Origin: Octopus sinensis
Lineage: Eukaryota
Direction: 5' to 3'
Assembly: GCF_006345805.1 (NCBI RefSeq)
Contig: NW_021824436.1
Span: 1-18,752, forward strand
DNA: 18,752 nt
Part shown: positions 1 to 8,061 of the stretch, one piece after another
Layout: every line of letters begins with the position of its first letter
Numbering within the stretch: the first letter of the stretch is position 1
The notes under the pieces: model-generated
What the model was told of the DNA's origin: nothing
Seen by the model: only the letters and a program-made list of their open reading frames with translations
The model's database searches: none
Translations under genes and position numbers: made by a program

Positions 1-34
1 GCAACACCCTAACCACTAGGCCATGCACATTCAC
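1..34 (-). mobile_element. tRNA-derived SINE head, body runs off the left edge of the window
   Basis: Reverse complement reads GTGAATGTGCATGGCCTAGTGGTTAGGGTGTTGC with Pol III A-box-like TGGCCTAGTGG; resembles the F3 head at 14560-14592. Confidence 0.6.
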
Positions 35-88
35 AACCAGCTTAGATACTCCTGCCCTATAAGATATACTCTTTTGCCAATATATATA

Positions 89-310
89 CGAGTGGGTACT
101 GAAAACTTGCTGGTTTTAAGGATATCGCGAAAGGCCCGGTTGGAAGCCCAACCTACCGAGTCCTTTTACAGGGCTTAGAAAAACTGAAGGACCGTTACAA
201 TAAGTGTGTGAATCTGAGAGGGGAATATGTGGAATAAAATAATTAATTGATCCACCTGCATTTTCCTTTTCTTTTTTAAGAAAAGCAAAGAAATTTTCAG
301 CATTCCCTCG
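89..310 (+). mobile_element. Non-autonomous mariner/Tc1 deletion derivative (MITE-like)
   Basis: TA at 87-88 and 311-312; imperfect ~30-bp TIRs CGAGTGGGTACTGAAAACTTGCTGGTTTT (89-117) and reverse complement of 281-310 CGAGGGAATGCTGAAAATTTCTTTGCTTTT; carries the transposase C-terminus. Confidence 0.85.
172..237 (+). pseudogene. Mariner transposase C-terminal remnant
   Basis: Translates GLEKLKDRYNKCVNLRGEYVE*, matching the mariner terminal pattern G(I/L)xKLxxRWxKCxxxxGxY(V/F)E, placed just inside the right TIR. Confidence 0.8.
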
Positions 311-419
311 TACTCCTGCATTATCATATATACTCTTTTACCAACATACATACTCCAACAGCAGCTCATATACTCATTTCCTAGGCAAACGTGTTTTCGT
401 AATGGAAATTTTGTAACTG

Positions 420-450
420 AACCAACCAACCAACCAACCAGCCAACCAAC
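420..450. repeat. (CCAA)n microsatellite
   Basis: Direct reading. Confidence 0.95.
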
Positions 451-468
451 AACGCCGACATCAATGAC

Positions 469-489
469 AAAAAAAAAAAAAAAAAAAAA
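469..489. repeat. Poly(A) run, 21 nt
   Basis: Direct reading. Confidence 0.95.
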
Positions 490-677
490 CTAAGCAGAAA
501 ATATTTGGCAACGAAGTGTATTATTTGGAGAGGTCACGAGCGGAAACATAAGAAGGATAGTAAACAAGATAGATATATTATCTAAATATCAAAACACTGC
601 CATTTAGAATGGAAACAGCTTCTTCAAAGAACGGTAAACAGAGGCACCTGGATGTAATCATCACATTCAGCAATTCC

Positions 678-714
678 ATACACATACACACACATACACA
701 CAAAGACACACACA

Positions 715-767
<53 letters not shown>

Positions 768-775
768 GCACACAC
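678..775. repeat. (CA)n microsatellite
   Basis: Direct reading. Confidence 0.97.
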
Positions 776-832
776 TCAAACTCCTACATACTCTCTCTGG
801 GTGAAGTGGATCTCCATCGTTTTACTGAATTT

Positions 833-965
833 CCTGCTCCTGAAGTAACGGGTGTGTGGATGAGTATTCCGCGAACACGTGTACCATAAACCAAATTCCC
901 AGGCAGAATCAGTGTCACAATGTGTTTGATACGAATGTACCTTTTTGAGTTACGGGTGCAATTCA
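833..965 (-). mobile_element. Old diverged fragment of the F3 SINE 3' region
   Basis: CCTGCTCCTGAAGTAACGGGTGTGTGGATGAGTATTCCGCGAACACGTGTACC aligns by eye with CCTGCTCGTGAAATTAACGTGTAAGTGGCTGAGCACTCCACAGACACGTGTACC at about 14270-14325. Confidence 0.65.
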
Positions 966-1031
966 TCCGACCAACTTCTATACAGTTTGTTACTCATAAA
1001 GTATGGACGAACCCGAGTCTATAGAAAAATT

Positions 1032-1096
1032 ACATCTGCCCAAGATGCTGCGCGGTGAAATCGAAACCCAGGACATCGTGGTTCCGAAGCGAACAT
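1032..1096 (-). mobile_element. SINE head/CORE fragment (F1-like)
   Basis: Reverse complement carries B-box-like GGGTTTCGATTTCA followed by CORE-like ATCTTGGGCAGATG. Confidence 0.6.
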
Positions 1097-1213
1097 TTTG
1101 ATGATTTGACGATAGAGCGTCTCCATACACATAAGATTACACACACAGGCACGCGCATGTAAAAAAAAAACAAAACAAAAAAAACGAAACGAAACAAAAA
1201 CAAAAGTTTCACT

Positions 1214-1338
1214 TATATACGACGGGCTTCTTTCAGTTTCCGTCTACCAAATCCACTCACAAGCCTTTGGAGTTGGAGTGAACCCGGAACCATGTGGTTC
1301 GTAAGCAAGCTACTTACCACACAGCCACTCCTACGCCT
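1214..1338 (-). mobile_element. F1 SINE 5' half with internal deletion of the CORE-like segment
   Basis: Near-identical inverted match to 2262-2412 (GGAGTGGCTGTGTGGTAAGTAGCTTGCT...GACGGAAACTGAAAGAAGCCCGTCG) but lacking about 50 nt including CTTGGGCAAGT. Confidence 0.9.
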
Positions 1339-1460
1339 TACACACACACACACACACACACACTTCGTCAACCAAGTTTGTGCATGAAGTGTTTTACCTA
1401 TCCTTAAGGAGTCAATTGCGAACACCTTCCAACCCAGTTCATCTGTCCCCTCATTCTGTT

Positions 1461-2202
1461 TCTCTCTCAGAGTGAAAGGCAGATTGTATGATGCGTGGGT
1501 ACGTCATCGACGAGGTCGCAAATGGAAACAGAAGGATTATGACAAACCTAACTGACTGACTGATTGATTGGCAGAACGGTCAATCAATGGTTAACAAACT
1601 GACATATAACTATAAAGAAGTGAAATAAAACCAGTGTGAGTGTTTGTTATTGGTATTACCACCACTTAAGATACAAAAAGATTATGGTTCCACAAACGAG
1701 TTCACATCAAGAATTTTGTAAATCAAACAAAATAAAACCCCCCCTCTCTCTCTCAGAGTGAAAGATAGATTATATGATTCTTATGTGTGTCATTGATGAG
1801 GTCACGAATTGCAACGAAAGAACTTTGACAAGCCTAGCTAATTACTTGGTTGATTGATTGACAGAATGATTAATCAACTGATATATTAATTAATTGGTTA
1901 AATGGTCGACCAATTGACAAATAAAGATAAAGTGGAATAGAACCAGTGCGCAACCCCAGGCTCTATACAAGCTCCATCATTTCAGCGGTATAGGACCTGG
2001 AAACTAAGTGACAGACAGGCCTACAACAAATCTGAAATAAAGATGGCATGTCATTCATGAAGTCGTGAACGGTGACGAAAGGACTTTGATTAACCTGATT
2101 GTTAAACCGACCGATAAATGAAACAGTTGATTAGTTAATTAATTCGTTGAACAGTTAATCAATAGACAAAAAGTAATTAAGAAGTGAAACAGAACCAGCG
2201 CA
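1461..2202. repeat. Three diverged direct copies of a ~200-bp unit (about 1461-1638, 1747-1952, 2050-2202)
   Basis: Shared blocks TCTCTCAGAGTGAAAG, GTCATYGAYGAGGTC, TGATTGATTGRCAGAA and AAGTGRAAYARAACCAG; copy 1 to 2 offset 286 nt, copy 2 to 3 offset about 261 nt. Confidence 0.85.
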
Positions 2203-2257
2203 TGTGTTTATCATTCGCATAATGACTCTCCCGAGAAAAAAAAAAGTAATATTCAAC

Positions 2258-2423
2258 ATACGCAGGAGTGGCTGTGTGGTAAGTAGCTTGCTAACCAACC
2301 ACATGGTTCCGGGTTCAGTCCCACTGCGTGGCATCTTGGGCAAGTGTCTTCTGCTATAGCCCCGACCGACCAATGCCTTGTGAGTGGATTTGTAGACGGA
2401 AACTGAAAGAAGCCTGTCGTATT

Positions 2424-2469
<46 letters not shown>

Positions 2470-2716
2470 GGTGATGTGTGTTTTATATGTTTTGTTTCTG
2501 TGTTTGGTCCCCCACCAACATCGCTTGACAACCGATGCTGGTGTGTTTACGTCCCCGTCACTTAGCGGTTCGGCAAAAAGAGACCGATAGAATAAGTACT
2601 GGGCTTACAAAAAAAGAATAAGTCCCGGGGTCGAGTTGCTCGACTAAAAGGTGGTGCTCCAGCATGGCCGCAGTCAAATGACTGAAACAAGTAAAAGAGT
2701 AAAGAGTAAGAGAGTA
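2258..2716 (+). mobile_element. Full-length F1 tRNA-derived CORE-type SINE (OR/OK-like octopus SINE) with internal (TA)n
   Basis: A-box-like TGGCTGTGTGG, B-box-like GGGTTCAGTCCC, CORE-like CTTGGGCAAGTG, (TA)n at about 2427-2464, 3' region ending CCAGCATGGCCGCAGTCAAATGACTGAAACAA plus short tandem tail (GTAAAAGA)n. Confidence 0.92.
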
Positions 2717-3052
2717 TACGCGTGTTCAGATCGAGAATCTTGCAAAGGAAGTGCAAAATATAAAGGAACAATTTGACAGCTAAAATGTTTGAAGAAGCTA
2801 GTTTTTATACCATTTTATTACTAGACCAGCATGCTCTCCCTCGTTGGATAGAAAACCTAAAATTATTTCCCAACAAGTCTTGAAATATTTAAGACTTGCT
2901 TTTATAGAATTAATTAATAAACGGTACGACGTGTTATATAATTAATATCAATCACTAATTAGCAAGTATCTATCTACACTACTCGGTGATTAATTCGGGA
3001 TAATAACTGATATAGGATATTTAGTTGTGGATGTGCACGCATGACTGTGTTT

Positions 3053-3062
3053 GTGCGTGTGC

Positions 3063-3108
<46 letters not shown>

Positions 3109-3121
3109 TGTGTGTGTGTGT
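3053..3121. repeat. (GT)n microsatellite
   Basis: Direct reading. Confidence 0.97.
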
Positions 3122-3239
3122 TTGCACGTGCAAAAAGACGTTATGTGAGAAAACAGAGGATGGAGGAAAGGAAATAGATCGGAAGGCGGAAGGAAACGGC
3201 AGAAACATCAATGAAATAATGAAATGAAGGAGAATGTGT

Positions 3240-3411
3240 AGATGATGATAATGACGATGATGATGATGTTGATGATGATGATGATGACGATGATAATGAT
3301 GATGATGATGATGATGATAATGATATGATGATGACAATGATGATGATGATGATGATGATGATGATTACGATGATGATGATGATAATGATGATGATGATGA
3401 TGATGATGACA

Positions 3412-3445
<34 letters not shown>

Positions 3446-3673
3446 GATGATGATGATGATGATTTGATGATGATCGATGATGATGATTATGATGTGATGA
3501 ATGATAATGATGATGATGATGATGATAATGATGATGATGATGATGATAATGAGATGATGATGATGATGATGATGAATGATGATGATGATGATGATAATGA
3601 ATGATGATGATAATGATGATGGATGATTGATGAGATGATGATGATGATGATAATGATGATGATGATGATGATG
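3240..3673. repeat. Long interrupted (GAT)n trinucleotide array
   Basis: Direct reading; source of the poly-His and poly-Met ORFs. Confidence 0.97.
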
Positions 3674-3791
3674 GTCTTGGTGATGATGGTCTTGGTGATG
3701 TTGGTGATGATGAAGATAAGTGATGATGGCGTGGTGATGATGATGGTCACGGTGGTGGTGGTGATGGCGAGCGATGATTGTGTGATGATTC

Positions 3792-3828
<37 letters not shown>

Positions 3829-4292
3829 AGTGGTGATAATGACGTATTGTGATGGCGGTGAAGGTAATTATGTCGTAAACACTGATAGTGATGGGTATGA
3901 GGGTAATTATGGCGGTGGTGGTGGTGGTGATGGTGATTATGATGATGATGATGATGGTAGTGGTGGTTATGATGGTGATGATGATGATAATGATAGTGGT
4001 GGTGGTGGTGGTTGTTGTGATGATTATTGTAATAATTACTATTATAATGACGATGATAGTGATGATGGTGGTTTTGATGATGAAAAGAAGGAAATTGGTG
4101 ATGATGATGATATGATAAGGAGGAGAAAGAGACTGTACTGTGATGATGGTGAGGGGTTGGTATGCCCGAAACCGGTGATAGCGATGGTTATGATGATGGT
4201 CATGAAAGCGATGATAATAACGATTATGATGATGATGGTTATGATGACGGTGATAATTATGATGATGATGATGATGATGATTAAGGTGGTGT
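3674..4292. repeat. Degenerate (GAT)/(GGT) low-complexity tract
   Basis: Triplet periodicity with GAT, GGT and TAT units throughout. Confidence 0.9.
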
Positions 4293-4336
4293 GATGGTGA
4301 CCAAGAAATACTCGTTACGTTCGTCCAAGAAACAAA

Positions 4337-4725
4337 AGAGAGAGGGAAAGAGAGACAGAGAGAGAGGGAGGAAAAAGAAAGGAGAGAAAGGGGGAGTGGG
4401 AGTGGGAGATAGAAAGAGGGAGAGAGAGAGAGGGAGGAAAATGAAAGGAGAGAAAGAGGGAGAGAGAGGGAGGTAAAAGAAAAGAGAGAAAGAGGGAGAG
4501 AGAGGGAGGAAAAAGAAAAGAGAGAAAGAGGGAGTGAGAGAGGAGGGAGGAAAAAGAAAGGAGAGAAAGAGGGAGTGAGAGAGAAGGAGGAAGAGAGAGA
4601 GAGAGAGAGAGAGGGAGTGAGAGAGAGAGAAATAAAAGAGAAACAGAGATAGGGAGGAAAAAGAAAGCAGAGAAAGTGGGAGTGAGAAAGTGAGTGAGTG
4701 AGTGAGAGAGAGAAAGAGAGAGAGT
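4337..4725. repeat. Polypurine (GA)-rich tract with ~36-bp higher-order unit
   Basis: GGGAGGAAAAAGAAAGGAGAGAAAG-like core starts at 4366, 4432, 4468, 4504 and 4545. Confidence 0.9.
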
Positions 4726-4906
4726 AGAATTAGAGGAAATTATGGCAAATACTATGAGTAAGAGGCGTTGATTTTATTCAGTGTTGCAATATATTGAATG
4801 GCGGATTTTTAAAAACAAAACGGCTTTCCTACTGAAGTTCCAGTCCTGTCTTTGAAGCCCAGACTCTATTTTCTCAGTATATCTGCAGGCATACGTTTCT
4901 TTATAT

Positions 4907-5120
4907 TCTTCATCTTTTTACTTGTTTCGGTCACCAGGCTGCGATCATGCTAGGGGCACCGCCTCGAAGGGGTTTTAGTCGAACAAACCGGCACCAGTAC
5001 TTGTTGCGTTTTTCAAAAGTTGGCACTTGTTCTATCGGTGTCTATTGTCGGATCGCTAATTTATGGGGACATAAACAAACCAGCATCGATTGTTAATCGA
5101 TGGTGGGAGGATAAACACAC
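4907..5120 (-). mobile_element. F1 SINE 3' half (orphan)
   Basis: CTTTTTACTTGTTTCGGTCACCAGGCTGCGATCATGCTAGGGGCACC is the reverse complement of the F1 tail; ends at a (CA)n tract. Confidence 0.85.
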
Positions 5121-5147
5121 ACACTCACACACACCCACCCTCACTTA

Positions 5148-5537
5148 GCGTGGCTGTGTGGTAAGAAGCTTGCTTCCCAACCATATGGTTCTGGGTTCAG
5201 TTCCACTGTGTGATACCTTGGGCAAATGTCCTTTATTATAGCCGACCAAAGCCTTGTGAGTAGATATAGTAACCAGGAACTGAAAAGAAGCTTGTCGTGT
5301 ATATATGTGTGTGTGTGTTTTCGTGTCGGTGCTTGTCCCCGCCTCCCCCACCGCTTGACAATCGATGTTAGTGTATTTTCATCTCCGTATATTAGCGTTT
5401 CAGCAAAAGAGACCTATAGAATAAGTACTAGGCTTCAAAAAATATTGCCTAAGGCCGATAGGTTCGACTAAAACCCTTCAAGGCAGTGCCCCAGCATGGT
5501 CGCAGTCAAACGATTGAAATAAGTAAAAAGCAAAAAG
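5148..5537 (+). mobile_element. Full-length F1 SINE, diverged
   Basis: Colinear with 2262-2716: head, CCTTGGGCAAATG CORE-like motif, short internal (TA)(TG), tail CCCCAGCATGGTCGCAGTC. Confidence 0.9.
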
Positions 5538-5774
5538 TCACACACACACACACACACACATACACACACATCATTAGTTTCAAAAACTTAAACAAAAGAA
5601 CGAACGGAAAATACAGACACAAGGCCCAGACGTGCTCTTTCCTCGTCAGTTATCGTCCCCCCAGAAAACCATTACAATTTCACGCCTTTAACGATAATAT
5701 TATTTTCGTTTTTGGTGGCGTCAACAGCGAGAATAGCTGCTAGGACTACGGATGATTTTTCACTTTCCGCCTAG

Positions 5775-5832
5775 CAATTCCACTCAAAAGGCATTGGTCG
5801 CTAAGGGGTTATATTATGAAGACACTTGCACA
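5775..5832 (-). mobile_element. F1 SINE middle fragment
   Basis: CAATTCCACTCAAAAGGCATTGGTCG...GAAGACACTTGCACA is inverted relative to 2340-2392. Confidence 0.6.
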
Positions 5833-5863
5833 TGTACAACTAAATTCGAGACTATATAGTTGT

Positions 5864-5952
5864 CTGAGTGAACTGGAGCAACGTGAAATAAAGTGTCTTG
5901 CTCAAGTGTTCTTGAGCAAGACACTTTATTTCACGTTCTCCAGTTCACTCAG
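5864..5952. repeat. Near-perfect inverted repeat (43- and 42-nt arms, 4-nt loop)
   Basis: 5864-5906 is the reverse complement of 5911-5952 apart from a single 1-nt indel; loop TGTT at 5907-5910. Confidence 0.97.
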
Positions 5953-6166
5953 CTGTAGAAATGACGTCACAGGTGCCAAGCTGTATCGGCCCCTTTGCCT
6001 TTCCCTTGGACAATATCGGTGACGTGGAGAGGGGAGGCCGGCATGCATGGGCGACTGCTGGTCTTCCATAAAAAAAAAAACCTTGCCCAGACTTGTGCCT
6101 CAGAGGGTAACTCTCTAGGTGCAAACCCATGGTCGGTGTCTGACCGAAGGGGGTCATCATCATCAT
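5911..6166 (+). mobile_element. 5'-truncated CORE-type SINE (F4) with (CAT)n tail
   Basis: Starts at CORE-like CTTGAGCAAGACACTTTATTTCAC, GC-richer body, ends GACCGAAGGGGGTC followed by (ATC)n; family recognised from recall only. Confidence 0.7.
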
Positions 6167-6387
6167 AGTTGCAAGGCCATTCCGGCACATATGAAAAAAA
6201 GAAAAAGAAAAAAAAGGCAATCAGAATTTCTCCAAAATATAAACAATGAAAAAAAAAAAATAGTGAATTAAGAAACAGTACCGTCACCTCCTTACTATTA
6301 AATAAATAGCCAGCCGTAACCACCTCTCCACATCAGCAGACCTCTAATAAAATTTATAATCAAGGACACACCAGTCAGACTGTGTCG

Positions 6388-6398
6388 GCCGCCATCTT
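6388..6398 (+). promoter_or_regulatory. YY1-type motif GCCGCCATCTT
   Basis: Exact match to the CCGCCATNTT consensus in non-repetitive DNA; function not shown. Confidence 0.3.
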
Positions 6399-6516
6399 TC
6401 ACACCTCATTCCGTCTACTCACGCGAGAATTATTGCTTTTGTATTCATAAGTGAAAAGTACAAAACATTAAACACAAACACAGACTGTCTCTCTCTTTCC
6501 TTGTTTGAGAGTAAGA

Positions 6517-6520
6517 ACAC

Positions 6521-6572
<52 letters not shown>

Positions 6573-6780
6573 CTCTCTCTCCATATACATACATACATAT
6601 ATATAGACACAGCGATAGATAAATGTGAGCTATGTGTATGTATACATGTACATGTGCATGGTTATATATATATATATATATGCACATATGTGTATATGTG
6701 TTAGCATATGTAAGTACGTAGGTGTTTGTATGTGTGTTTATATATGTATCCGTTTGTGTGCGTACACACACACACATACT
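6517..6780. repeat. Compound (CA)n/(CT)n/(TA)n/(TG)n microsatellite region
   Basis: Direct reading. Confidence 0.9.
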
Positions 6781-7335
6781 AAGAGAGACATATTATTTGT
6801 ATTTGTCTGCATATGTTTGTATATTCTTTTATATACACATGGACCGCGTGGCTAAAGATTTCTAGAGTTCGCTTGGCACTTAAAACTTTTCTTCTTCTTC
6901 CTCCTCCCTCACTACTATCAGTACTTCCCCCCATCCCTTCCTCAATAATATCATTCTTTGTCTAAAATGCAATCGTGGTTTTTAATTTCTTCTATATACT
7001 ATCTACCTTCAAACCCCACCGGATACAACATTGACTAACCTCCTTCCTGCAGACAATGAAATATAGTATCAGTTATTCAGTTATGTACTGTGGGAAGGTT
7101 CAGTGAATCAATTTTACACCACCCTGGATCGATTTCTCTTCTGATGGTCTATGTCAGAAATCGGTATTTAGTCCGGCACTGTAAAGACTTGGCGGAGTCC
7201 GACACCTGTATTCAACAGCTTCGACTTAAAACCATTTATCCAATCACATATACTTCGGTATTCATATACTTCAAAGCAACAAGAAGCTGTTTATCGATCC
7301 CATATTCCTGCAGAACTTTCTACAAGTCTACTGAC

Positions 7336-7482
7336 TGTGTAACTGGTACTTATTTAATCGACCCCGAAAGGATGAAAGGCAAAGTCGGCCTCGGCGGAAT
7401 TTGAACTCAGAACGTTGCGGCAGACGAAATACCGCTAAGCATTTCGCCCGGCATGCTAACGTTTCTGCCAGCTCGCCGCCTT
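7336..7482 (-). mobile_element. F2 tRNA-derived SINE, 3'-truncated copy A
   Basis: Minus strand GGCGGCGAGCTGGCAGAAACGTTAGC (A-box-like) and GAGTTCAAATTCC (B-box-like). Confidence 0.9.
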
Positions 7483-7490
7483 ACATATAT

Positions 7491-7720
7491 ATTTCTTTAC
7501 TACCCACAGGGGCTAAACATAGAGGGGACAAACAAGGACAGACAAAGGGATTAAGTCGATTACATCGACCCCAGTGCGAAACTGGTACTTTATTTATCGA
7601 CCCGAAAGGATGAAAGGCAAAGTCGACCTCGGCGGAATTTGAACTTAGAAAGTAACGTCAGACGAAATACCGCTAAGCATTTCGCCCGGCGTGCTAACAC
7701 TTCTGCCAGCTCGCCGCCTT
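7491..7720 (-). mobile_element. F2 SINE, full-length copy B with 7-bp target-site duplication
   Basis: Nearly identical to 16567-16802; flanked by ACATATA at 7483-7489 and 7721-7727. Confidence 0.92.
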
Positions 7721-7874
7721 ACATATAGAGAGAGAGACACACTCCCAGATAGCCAATTCCATTTTCGTGGCCAATATCTTCGTCTCATATTGACAAGTTA
7801 CAGTACTTGGTGCTATGGACATTTAAACGGTATTATTTGAGTAAGAATTCTTCCAATTTCCTTAATGTCAACAC

Positions 7875-8015
7875 AGACGCACACACACACACACAACACA
7901 CACACACACACACACACCACACACACATGTATACACACACACGCACACTTACGCACGCACGCACAAGCATATGCACATACAAACATAAAAAACACCACAC
8001 CACAAAAGTAATAAA

Positions 8016-8060
<45 letters not shown>
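7875..8060. repeat. (CA)n and (TA)n microsatellites
   Basis: Direct reading. Confidence 0.9.

Positions 8061-8061
<1 letters not shown>

Noticed and set aside
1461-1565. ATGATG...CTGA pattern suggesting a C/D snoRNA
   Set aside because: Box C is incomplete, there is no terminal stem, and the boxes are not kept in the other two copies
2990-3337. Poly-His ORF on the minus strand
   Set aside because: Translation of (ATC)n and (CA)n microsatellites
3623-4294. 223-aa ORF rich in Met, Asp and Gly (longest in the window)
   Set aside because: Stop-free only because (GAT)/(GGT) triplets lack stops in this frame; overlapping frames give equally low-complexity ORFs; no domain and no convincing splice sites
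5084-5102. Perfect 8-bp hairpin CATCGATT-GTT-AATCGATG
   Set aside because: Lies in a SINE where sibling copies (2519-2537, 5349-5367) already have an imperfect version; one or two substitutions explain it
5962-5969. CRE palindrome TGACGTCA
   Set aside because: 8-mer within a SINE body, expected by chance, with no supporting context
7090-7404. 104-aa ORF and a minus-strand YRCRTPPSLY string reminiscent of an LRR C-terminal cap
   Set aside because: The ORF runs into a SINE; the minus-strand frame is short, ends in a stop and lacks the other cysteines
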